From assembly GCA_009103225.1 (NCBI GenBank), contig RHPI01001116.1:763267-827266 (forward strand): a stretch of DNA of 64,000 bases, in the 5' to 3' direction. The notes beneath the pieces are model-generated. The model searched no databases. It saw nothing but the letters and a program-made list of their open reading frames with translations, and was not told the origin of the DNA. The DNA is from Chlorokybus atmophyticus (Eukaryota; Plantae; Mesostigma and Chlorokybus algae). Made by a program: the position numbers and the translations under genes. The stretch's first letter is position 1. Every line of letters starts with the position of its first letter. Positions 13,461 to 25,300 of the stretch are shown in pieces.

Positions 13461-14755
13461 GAGGGGCACATGTGCCGTTGTCGTCGGCAGTGTTGTTGGG
13501 TATTACTATTGCTTCTTTATGCATTAGGCGTTATGTATCGCTACTCATATTTGGTACATGCTTGACGTTGTTGATGTTACCAGTTACGAGAGGAGTACAG
13601 GTAGAAGAAGGTATGTGAAACTGTGCAACTTTGCGCAGTGATAGACATTGTAAAAAGCTATAAAGCCGGTTGTCATTAAGTTCTTGGAAGAATGTACAAT
13701 TGCTGTATACATTGCAATTGGGTGTCGGTTATGCCTGCCATGCTGTACAGGATATACGAGGTGCTGTGTGGTGCAAGCAAAAACTGTCAATAAGGGTGAA
13801 ATGCAATAGGGTTTGTTAGAGTAGTACTAAGCTGCGGCACAGTCCAAACTGTCTGTGTTCTTTGATAGTACAATCCACAACCATTCTGGTAACGTGACTC
13901 TTCTTGCTTGGTCGCTTCTGCATTTGCTCTCACTTTGTTTGAGTATGATCGATGGTCGTTAAGTTTCCGCACACGCCCATGAGGTTGTGGTCTTAAAAAC
14001 CTGGGCTACAATTGAGACTCTGCATTATTTTGTCTGGGCGGTGTACAAAGCATGCAATGCGGAAGTGTGCACCAATGCGGAAGTGTGCAAGTGGCAGGAC
14101 TGACTGATCGCTCTCACTCTCTCTTACCAAAACAGCCAATCAAAAGCAGGACAGTGATGACGCATCTCAGTAGTACCCACAGTTATGACTGGTTGTTGTT
14201 GCGCTGGCTATTGTTTGGTTTAGCTGGTGTTGGTCGCTGCTGTGAACTGTAGGTCCAGTCATATAACACTAGTAGACTGGTATTGCTTTATATGTTTTGG
14301 ATTTCATACCCACAGCCAGTATGTCAGAGTGCTTTGGTTCGGGCGCATTACACTCTTATAGCATACCCTCTTCTGTACACACCCACTGAGAAAACGACAA
14401 CCAGCACATGGGGCCAGCGGGAAGCAGAGCAGCCCACATGCCCTTATGTGAGAACTAGAACCTGTTGAGCTATACAATCTAGGGTAGAGAACCATTACTA
14501 TAACTAGATAAAGGGGGGTAAAACAATCTGATTGTCAAGCTAACCTGAGGAAAATGACTAAAACTAACACTGCTCCACTGACAGCGCCCGCTAAAGGGTG
14601 CCAATCACATGCCATATGACAATGACAACCAATGGGCAGGATGACGGCTTAATGCTGAGGCCAATGGCTAGCAACAGCAAGGGCTTACATGGATAGACAG
14701 CCCTGTTGCTGGCTGGTAGGATTGACACCACAACGACAACATTGGGCAGGTCGGG

Positions 14756-17700
14756 TTACGGTGTTGTATCCAGCGAGGGCAACTCGGTGGGTTGACATCG
14801 CCCCGACCTTAGTACCATCTCCTGCAGCGTGGCGCCAAACACCCTGTCGCGCCTTAGGTCCTCCAGCGTGATGTGTACGCGGAACCGCCAGTAGTGTTTT
14901 GGGTTTGTTGGGTCGTTGATGGTCTCGTCCTTGGCGGGCCGGTTGTTGTACGCGTCGGAGAGTGCGAGGAGGTCCTGCAGTGGGAAGATGGCCCATATAG
15001 AGGGTGAGTCCAGGTGCTGTTGGACGATGAGGCTGGCGACGTGTGGCGTGCATGTCTCCGGCGGGTCTTTTCCCACTTCTTGGTGGAGTTGTTGGGCGTA
15101 GAAGCGACCGCTGCGAGCCTTGTCCTCCTCCCACCAGAACCGCGTGGTGGACGTGTCGTGGCACGAGGGCGCGCACACAGTGAGGTACTCGTACTCGTCC
15201 GGCGTGCCAAACTCCTCTGTGGAACTGTTGGGCATCCGCTGGATGCGGAGGCCGAGGAGGCCGAGCTCGTTCAACACGGGAGGCACGCAGTCGGGGATCA
15301 TGCCGAGGTCCTCGCCGCAGACAAGCATGTCCGACGACTTCATCAGCACAGGGAGCGTCTTCAGGGCGTTCGACCTCCACAACTCGTCCTGCCGCTCAAA
15401 GAAGTACGACTGCAGACAACAGCACGTAAGCAATCACACACGCCCATGCGCATATGCATGTGTGCACACAACAGACTCCTGCACTTCAACTACCCAGCAA
15501 ACACCCGCGCACGCACGCACGCACGCATGTGCATACGCACCCACGCGCACTCAATACACACTGATTGCACACATAACAAGCTCTACAACACTCCCAACTA
15601 GCACCTGGTACAATCGACGTAGGGCCTGCTTGTTGAAGTCATCCAGCTCTTCCCAGCTGGATGTCCGGAACATATGGATGGACGGGTAGAACAGATGCGG
15701 GTCTTCCGGATCTCGTAGCAATGCAACATTCTGTCTCAGAGCCATCAAGCCTTTCCGGATAACCTGCAACTCGAGCCGCAAGAACTCGGGGGCGCTCTCG
15801 TCCACCTTTGTAGCTTCCACGATCTTCTTCTCAGTGCTGTACTCTTCTTTCAACCTGCAACAAAACAACACAGTCAAAAATACTACACGCCAACAGCGCT
15901 TGCAGTGCACACAAGAATCAAGTCAGGAATCAACCTGAAGCGTTGAGGTGCAAACTCCTCGAGGTACTTCAGCGTGACGTCATGCGCTCGTGGTCCAAAG
16001 GTGTCCTGTATGTGTTGCCACCTGATATACGGCATCGTGAGACGGTCAAAGTCCCACACGCCCTGCGACTCCAACTCGCTCTGGGTGAGGGGAAGCGAGG
16101 GGCGGAACCGGCCCAGGAGACCGGTGGTGCAGTGGCCCGGAATCTCCCATATACGGAAGAACCCGAGGATGTGGTCGATGCGGTAGGCAGTGAAGTACTT
16201 GGCCATCTGCAGACACGTGTTACAGTGCGTGTGCGCCAGTGCGCGTCTGAGACAAGCCGTTGCGGACTCGAGGACAAAGGAGTAATGTCATGTGGTCAGT
16301 GGCTATGCATCATCACCTGTGATAGTCTTGACCTCCACCATGCGTAATTGTCTTTGGCCATCTCTTCCCAGTTGTATGTTGGAAAGCCCCAGTTCTGACC
16401 ATTGGGATCGAAGTAGTCCGGCGGTGCCCCTGCTAGGACGTGTCACACAACATGCCCTCAACATGAAGTGATTGCATGCTACATTTACCTGTTGACATGT
16501 GCATTCTGAAGAGGGTTGGGTAGAGCCAGGTGTCCACGCTGGCCCGGTCTACTCCTATAGGCAAGTCACCCTTCACCACAACCCTGTGGTCACGTGCATA
16601 CTCGGTGGCCTCTAACAGCTGTGTGACAGAGCAACCATCGTTAACATGCGACCTGTTCCCTCCTCCTCAACAACACGTTGTCCGTTACCTGTTGATGCAA
16701 TTTGAACTGCAGGTAGTACTGGAAGGCAATGGCTGCGTAGTGGTCAGTCCCGGGTGCGGTGAGGCGGTCCAGCTGCATAGAAGGTGTCAACACAGCAAAA
16801 TCCAACAGAACTTGTGACGAAACACCTCACCTTCTCACTTGTGACATTTGCATATGAGCCCCAGTTCCAATGTTCTGATGACCCAAATAGATTTCGCAAG
16901 AAGCAGAAAGCAGCATATGGTTGTAGCCATGCCTGCACGACGTATATTATGAGTCCAACACATAGTTGCCATGCGAAGCTGTGTTGACAAGCAGTGTTGG
17001 AAGCAGGTGGTTGTATATAAGGCGCAATAGCAGGCACACACCTTGTTGTCTTCGTAGAATGCCTTGAACTCATCTGTTTCAAGATCAGAGCCTTTATGCA
17101 AGTCATAAACCTTGCGAGCAATCCTCAACTTTGTCTGCATCGTCTTCTCATAGTCAACATGCTCCTGATCCAGCTCTTTGCGAGCGCTCTCAATCTCTTC
17201 CTGCCAAGACGACACTTCTTGTATCATGCCAAGGATACCAAATGGCAAGCAGGGGAGCAGCAGCGGCGATGAGTGTGTATGTGCCACCCCTCAGCAGATG
17301 CTCAAGTCACACACCCGAATGTCAGTTGGAAGATCAGGCGCCAAAGCTTGCAAGCGCAGATAGAGCGGATGAAGTGCGTACACTGATAGCGAGCTGCACA
17401 ACAACGAGAGAAATGGTTGATTAGCCTAAACGCACGACAACAGGAGACCAAGAACTGGTACACTGCTCTGGATGGCAGACGATAGCGGTCACATAAGGTA
17501 GACACTTACGCCCACACCTGACAATAAATGCCTACTGTGCACGCGCTCTTGAGCATGCATATGGGACGGAATGGACAGCTATGCTTACCTGTAAGGGTAT
17601 GAATCCCACCACATCTGATGGACAGATGTGTCGTTGATGGGAAGAAGCTGTATCAACCTGAATCCCCAAGTCTGAACACACAGCAAATGGTGCAAGTTAT

Positions 17701-19923
17701 TAGTCAAACAAGTCGCACTTCGCAAAACCACGCACAGTTCCCTTAGCATCAACTGGCTGAAACGTACATCAGCCAAATCGACAAGCAACTTGAGATCGAG
17801 GAACTCGCCAGCACCCACGCTCTCTGTTGTGCGCATAGAGAACACCGGTATGGCAACACCTGCCCCTCGCCAAGGAACCATCTGCAGCAACGGATGACAC
17901 GTTATTCGCAGTTTGGTTGTGCTTTGTTTTCCACATTTCAGCCTGCCTTTACCGGATAGATCAGTTTGACACTCACTTCTACACTTTTGCACGAACTATG
18001 GCAATATTGGGTCGCGACAATGTATAACATGTGAGGCCCAAATCACAGAGAGCCATGACTGAGAGTGTCTCGGTGAGGCTCATACCCGCACGTGTGAGTC
18101 CTGCACGACAAGCATGTTTGCACGCTTCGTGCACTTCTCATCCAACACAAGCTCCCGGTCTGGTCCCTGCTCGTGGAGCTCCAGCCCTTCCGCATCCTTC
18201 AGCGAGTACCGATACGTGTGGTCTAATTAAGGACACGCACAGCTATGGAGTAATAAAACACGGACATGAACAAACCCACAAGACGCATGAGTGGATATCT
18301 TATGGGGAAGTGGCTACGCGAGAACACGGCCTCCCCTCGCCAGTAAGGCGTGTCTTCGTACAACCGCAGCGCGCTGCACTTTGCCCATTCACCCAGCACC
18401 TTATTACTGCCCGCCACATACACCTGAGAACATTTCCAAAAGCGGTGTTTGATGGTCCAGGCCTAAGCACTACGCAGGTTACTCTTCTATTTCAAACGTC
18501 GCTTCACACAACACCGCCACAGCTGCGTGCCTGAAACTCACCTTTTGATCGGGTTCCAACTGCGCGCACGCCACCACAAACCGGACCAACACTTGATCTG
18601 GACAATGCTCTTGTAAGTGACAGACAGACAAAACACATAGTTGCTAAAATGCCCCATGGCCACAAGCCCTGCTCAGAGTGACAGCAACCACAATGTTATA
18701 TGTGGTGTTGTACGTTTCTTCCAAACCTTGTGAGTCTGACACTGATGGAGTCGAGGGCAATTCTTCCATGATTTGGCGCTCGCGATTGCCGAAAACCACC
18801 TTCTTGAATGCTGCTCGTCTAAGCAGGTTTTCGGGTGCAGCACCTTCCTGCAGTTCAATGCAGGAGATGCCTTTCAACAACCGTTTGAACAATTTGTCGA
18901 GGACCAGTACAATAACCAAACCCAATTGGCGTACCTGCCAAGTATCATACATGTCGACTACATCACCATCCTTGAGATGCTCCGGAAGGACAAACTTGCG
19001 CATGTCACCAGCTTCCCATTTGAGCACGTTCATTTTCTCGTCCACGAGCACGTACTGGTACTCGACGGGCGCGCCGGCTGTGACTATAGTAGTTGCTTGC
19101 CAGTACAGCTCGTCTCCCTTGTGAGTGGGTGTCATCCACAACCCCTGCGCATAAGAATTGCTGTATGGAGAAGAAAACCTAGCGAAGCAAATGCGCACAC
19201 AATTGCAGCAAACCATGCAGCTACCGTCAACAGATCACGTTCAAACAAAACTAAGCATTGCATATAGTGAAGTAGCCGGCAACTCGCTATCAACGGCGTG
19301 CAGCAAGACTTGACCCGAGTGTGAGACAATGCAATCATCTTGGTGGAAAGCAACATTGCACAAACGCCAAGCTGCGTGGACAAGTTCACAGAACACTCAC
19401 TGCAGCTGCACAACCCTAACTGAGCTGCCCACTGCCAAAGCGACCGAGCATGTTCCACTGACCGGATGGTTGTTCGCAAAATGCAATTGGGCCTGGAGAG
19501 AAGTGATTTGCATAGGAGAGACACAACAGAAGCTTACCACTGCGGCAACTAGCATGCGAGACCACGACAAGCTTACATGCATGCAATGCACCATTCCATT
19601 GACCATACGTCAGGTAACTGCTTCATCAGCTACGACCCAACCTCTCCGGCCCAATCCAGTGCAGAGGACAGCTCCAGCGGCATGCTAGAGAGGAGACACA
19701 TGCACACACGCTCAAGCAGCACCTTCTTGACGTTGCCGCCGCCCAAGACCTGGCTGGGTCCACAGACCATGAGGTTCTGTCCCCAGACTGTCATGAACTT
19801 GATAGAGAAGCGCAGCGCCACCCGCTTCTTGATGATGGAGGAGGGAGCGATGCTCGACCTCACAGATGGAGACGACAGCGGCGCCGCCGCCTCCTGCAAC
19901 GGCGGCGCCATCGCCACCACCAT
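14756..19923 (-). CDS. DPE2: 4-alpha-glucanotransferase DPE2 (two CBM20 modules + GH77), multi-exon
   Basis: CBM20-like VALRFSIKFMTVWGQNLMVCGPSQVLGGGNVKK and GLWMTPTHKGDELYWQA...YQYVLVD. GH77 motifs: WRGAGVAIPVFSMRT, IQLLPINDTSVHQMWWDSYPY, YFTAYRIDHILGFFRIWEIP, VCGEDLGMIPDCV, CHDTSTTRFWWEED, TINDPTNPKHYWRFRVH. Start at ATG 19923 or 19911. Confidence 0.95.
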
Positions 19924-20230
19924 CGCCGCCCAACTCCTAGACGCCGCCACAGCCACAAAGACACATTACACAGCCGAGACTGACTCACCAGCTCACGCAA
20001 CACACTGCATTGACCATGTGAATCAACCATCACCTGAACAAGTGAACTAAATCTAGAAGTGTATGATTCATAATACTGCTGCAAGCAAACAGAACAAATA
20101 TCTGCAAAAAGAATCTATGCATGATCGCTGAGTTTGTTGGCGGCGGCGTTGGCGGGGACGGCGGCGGTGTCGTCAGGGACATTGTGGTTGTCGTCGTCGT
20201 CCTGCTTGAGGAGTCGCACTGGCCTCTTGA

Positions 20231-21521
20231 ATGATGCAGGTTGCGGTGCTGCCCGCCGTTGTAGCTGCGCCTGTGAGCGCCAGATGGACGGGGGTGGCGA
20301 GGATGTCGTCGCCGTCGTCGTCCAGGAGGGTGGCGGCGACGACGACGTCATTGTCCTCTTTCAGCGGCAGGAGGCTTTCGCTGCAGTTGCGGCGGAGTCA
20401 ACACCCTCGTAGCGCACGCGTGGTGGCCATGGCTGAAGGCGTCCCTGCTGCCAAAGAGGAGGTGGAGGTGAAGGCAGAGGAGGTGAAGGCGGAGGCGGAG
20501 GCGGAGGTGGAGGTGGAGGAGGAGTGCGACCTCGCGGATGCCCCCAGCGTCCCCGCCGCCGACGCCACCGACGAGCCCGACTACGAGATCAGAGAGATCA
20601 ACAAGGACAACTTCCATGAGATGGTCCGCAGCGCAGGCACCAAGCTGGTCGTCGTGGACTTCTTCACAGACTGGTGCGTGGGCTTTGTGCATGCGTGGGT
20701 TTTTTCCTTCTTGCATGCTCCGGCAGACACTTCAGTGCATGTCCTGTGCACGCGCGTTCGTATGTTGCATTCCATGTGCGTAGTAGGCAGTTTCTCCAAC
20801 CGAAACACGCGACATGCTTGCTGCGAGCAGCACGAGTGCTATGTTGCATCATGCGAAACTTCATGTTTCAAGCTTATTACAGCTGATCAGTACATTGCAA
20901 CTCACACAGCTGGGCGCCATAACCATGCTTCGCGCTGTTGTTGCAAGCAGTCTTGTCCTCCAGTCCATATGCAGAGCAGTTGGAATGCAATGCACCAATT
21001 GTGAGTACGACTTGTGTAACTCTGTGCAACAGAGCTTGGTTGCGTTTACAACATGGTTGCTGGCGTTTTTCATGCGTGTTTGTGTCTTTGCTGCCTTGAT
21101 GGTTCTTGCATGCGTTGTGGATGCTGGATACTTTTGTCATAGCTGCTTATTTTCTGCGTGCAGGTGCGGTCCGTGCAAGTTGATGTACCCAAAGCTGGTT
21201 GAGCTCAGCAAGGACTACGCCGGGCGAGTGACCTTTTTTAAGTTCAACTGCAACCAATACAACAAGGTCAGTGATAATGGTCTGACGTTTGCATGTTGTC
21301 GCACACTCTGCGCGCGCGCACATTTGGCACAGCAGCAAGTATGCACATTGTGTGAACATGTTGGGTTGTTGTGTGTCTCCCAGCCTATCGCCAAGGAGCT
21401 TGAGATCAAAGTTGTCCCCACCTTCCATGTTTACAAGCGCGGCGAGCGCATCCAGGTTGTGGGCGGCGCGAAGCTCGACAAGATTATTGAAGCCATTGAC
21501 GAGTCCCTCACTCCAGCTTAG
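20231..21521 (+). CDS. TRXf: Chloroplast thioredoxin f, 3 exons
   Basis: Transit peptide, then LVVVDFFTDW|CGPCKLMYPKL...FFKFNCNQYNK|PIAKELEIKVVPTF. The WCGPC active site is split by an intron, and the extra Cys in K.NC is typical of f-type thioredoxins. Confidence 0.92.
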
Positions 21522-22340
21522 ACTTCTCCAGCATCGCTAGATGGTATGGCAAACAGCTGCGATACATTGACCTCATTATCAGTTATGGTTGTTGATCAAG
21601 CAAGATATAAGCAACATGTTTAAAGCAGCGTGTGACAGATGGTTCACGTGAGCGCGTGCGAGGGTGTCTGCCTCTGTGCATGCTCATGTATGTGTACAAT
21701 AGATAGTATGGTACATTAGTCACATGCAAGGTGTCAAGCACACATGTGCTTGTTTGGTATTGTCATGCGTGTAGGATGATTTGCATGTGGCGACGGTCCA
21801 TGCATGCCTTGATGCATCCTCACTACAATAGTGACACCGCTGCTGACATGAACCTTCCAGCAGGAATTAATTATTGGTCAGCGGTCTGCAACTTGCTGTG
21901 TTGCTGTCTATCCCTTTGCAAGTCACACTCCGCAGGGCAATCGGGTTCAGGGGGGCCATAACACTTGATGTGAGAAGCACGTTGGGAAATGTTTGTGCCT
22001 TTTTTGCAGACCACGCTTTGCTGCTGCAGGCATGTCATGGGATGCTTACCTGCCCACAATCACAAGGTTTGGGGCAGGTACACAATACGCGTGCACTGCA
22101 TGGTTGGTCGTGAAAGTCATTATGAAGTCATTAGGCAACAGGGATGTGCAAGGTAGCAGTCACAGCGCAAGATATAAATAAATCGCTGCCCCCTCAGTTA
22201 CTAGCTACTATTGGGAGCGATTTAAAAACAAAACTGGGTTTGCTGGAGATTCGTGCAAAGACCATCCCACTGCTGGTGTACAGGACTGCACAAGGCTGCA
22301 GCATTGATAACCAATCACTCCACAAATCTATTTAGTACAA

Positions 22341-25300
22341 CTATGCATCATAGCCAAGCTGCACCCTCTCCAACACTGCAGTGGTCAACGCACTGTCATT
22401 ATGCGACGTCACGGCCAAACCCGCGGTGAAGGGGGCAGACATGTTAACAGGATTGGGTTGTTGTGTCGAGACCAAAGTCCATGCAGCCCCGTCGCTAGAG
22501 ACATAACCCGACACTTGGGTCCTATCGGCAACTATGCGGACCCAATCCCCGGGTCCCCCTTTGCGGGTCCTAATTGAAGAAGCCTCCCCATAGTTTTGTG
22601 TCCTCCATTGGAAGCCGTTACCCGCGCCAGGACTCACCCACATCATCGCGTGCTCTTTACCTGGGTACGCGTCGGCACGTATCATCACGCCCGTTTTAGC
22701 AAACGGGTTGGTTGGTAGGATTGAAGCCACCCTCGCAATGAGTGTTAATGTGTTCACAGGTTGCAACCGCACGTAAGCATAGTGGAACTCGTCGGTCGTG
22801 AGCCAGATATCCGTCCCCGAGGCGCGGATAGTGAATGTGTCTCCTTGTTGTTGGGTGCTTCCCGCTAAGCCAACGGACCCAACATCACGGCGGGTCCACA
22901 CTAACACGGGTGGGGGTGGCGGTGGAGGTGGGGGAGGTGGTATCATCTTTGGAGGTGCACTTGTTGCGGGTGCAGTGGCGGGTGCAGTGCTTGTTTTGAC
23001 TGTAAAGTGGCTGAAGTCCGCTTGTCCAAGCACCCGATTGTCGTGGCTCGTGACGGCGAGTCCAACATATAGTCCAGCTAGCGTCCCCGCAAAGTTGCGC
23101 ACGCTCGGGCCTATTTGCTTCCACCTCACTCCATCAACAGCCCCGTACGCAGTGATACTATTCTTACTCGCCGTCAAACGGACCCAATACTGACTGCTTG
23201 CTTTGGGTCCGTTGTAAAAAGTTGGGGTCTGACCCTTTGCAGCACGAACCTGAAACCCAACACCGTTTGCGGCCGACACGAGCACCATCGCGTGTGCCGA
23301 AGACGGGTACAACCCCACTCTGATCATGATACCCGCCTTGGCCCACGGGTCCGTGTTGGCTATGTTGGACACATACGCGTAGACCTCGAGTGTATCAGCC
23401 ACCCCAACCTTCAGATACGCATAGTGGAAGGCGTCGGCACCCTTCCATATGTCTCTCCCCGCACCCGACACAGTGATAGTACTAGCATCACTACTCGACG
23501 TGAACGCCGATCCGGGGAACCCAACATTCCCCACATCCACACTATTCCACCCCTCCGGCAGCCCCCTCGACGTGGCATTGTACGTGGCAGTATACACTCT
23601 CTTGCCCGCCATCGCTGCTTGCACGTTGTGCACGCGTTCCAACCCGTCGTTCCAACCCACGAAAGCGTACAGCACGCCGTTGAGAGCAAAGCTGTCGGTG
23701 GCGCCGAGGGTGATGGCGGAGTTGGCTAAAGAGGGTATGTGGAAGGGAGAGCGGTGCGTGGTGGAACCGGCGGTGAGGACGGCGGCCACGGGAGTAGACT
23801 CCAACTGGACCTGGAGAGGGTAGGTGAGTGAGGGAGGTGTACAAGATGTGCATGCCTGTGTGCATGTGCGCGCATGTGAGCGTGTGTGTGCATGCTTGGG
23901 GTGCACACGTGAGCATGAGTGTGTGCACATGCACGTACGCATGCGCATGCGCATGGGTGTGATTCTGCGCTGTTTGTGTGTGCACACACACAGACACACG
24001 CACATGTCTCTTTATGTGAGTGCACGCGGACGTGCGTGCAAGCTTGCACACATACACATGCGTGCGTGCGTATGTGCGTGTGTGCTTGCATGTGCGCGTG
24101 CATCTGCGCGCGCTTGCATGCACACACGCATGTGTGTGTATGTCTATGCATACGTTTGTGCATGCATGCGCTAGCTGCGGGTAGCAAGCAATCCAGACAG
24201 TCATATATCCAACCTGCACGACGATCGGTCGTATGAACACGCTGGTGCTCCCGCTATACCCCTTCTCCGTGGTCACCTCCAACCTAATCTCCAGGTACGC
24301 ATAGTACTCGTGATCCGGCGCGTTGAAGCTGAACCCGTTCCCGTCCATCTCCATGTAGTAGTGCAGGTGACAGGCGTCGGCGTGAACGGCGTCAGCGCAG
24401 TGGTGGATGAGGAGGGTCCAGTGGAGGAGGTCGGAGGAAGGGTGGGAGGAGGTGCCGGACACGGAGATGGACTCGCCGACGAACCAAGTCTTGGTGGAGG
24501 GAGGGGAGAGGATCACCGGGAAGGGTAGATCGGATGCGGATGCAGCAACCTACACAACAAAGGTGTGGGTACAAGTTACCACACACGCGCACGCATCATA
24601 ACACAACATGGACTTGTTCGCACACTCTCCCTCACGACTCACTTGTATGGTGGTCGATGCCGTCCTCGTGTTCCCGTTGGCAGTCAGCCGCAGCGTGACG
24701 GTGTACGTGCCCGGCGTCCTGTACGTCCCCGAGAGCGCCACGGCGTCGCTGTCGCCGAACACGCCGTCGCTGTTCAGGTCCCAACTGCGAAGAAGAGACA
24801 CGCCCTGCAATTGGGAACAAGTTGGCTCATGGTAATAAGTTGTGTGGGTGTGTGTCTTACCGCGGGGCCAATGGATGAGCTGCTGTCGAATTTTACGGAT
24901 AAAGGAGCCGCCCCTAGCGTTGTATTCGTGGTGAAGAGTGCCAGGAGGAAGTTCTCGCTCTCGTGCGTGAGGCGATAGATCGTGCCAGCTGAACAAGAGA
25001 TTGACAATGTTGTGTTACAATAAAAATAACAACACTATAATTCAACCCTACAACAAAGCGAAGACTGTAGATTGTACCTTGTATGTCGACAACGTACAGG
25101 CCCGAGTCACCCGGCGGCCCGCTTTGTATGTCCACGACGCCGATATCGTCAAGTGCAGTAGCTGTCTGCAAGAGCCAGAGACACACATGTTGGGTTTAAG
25201 AGAACATTATCAAGTTAGCAAAAACATTATCACACACACCTTTGTGCTGTCGGGATCGCCGTTGGCATCGAGAGGCATCGACCACACGCAGCGGTTGGCA

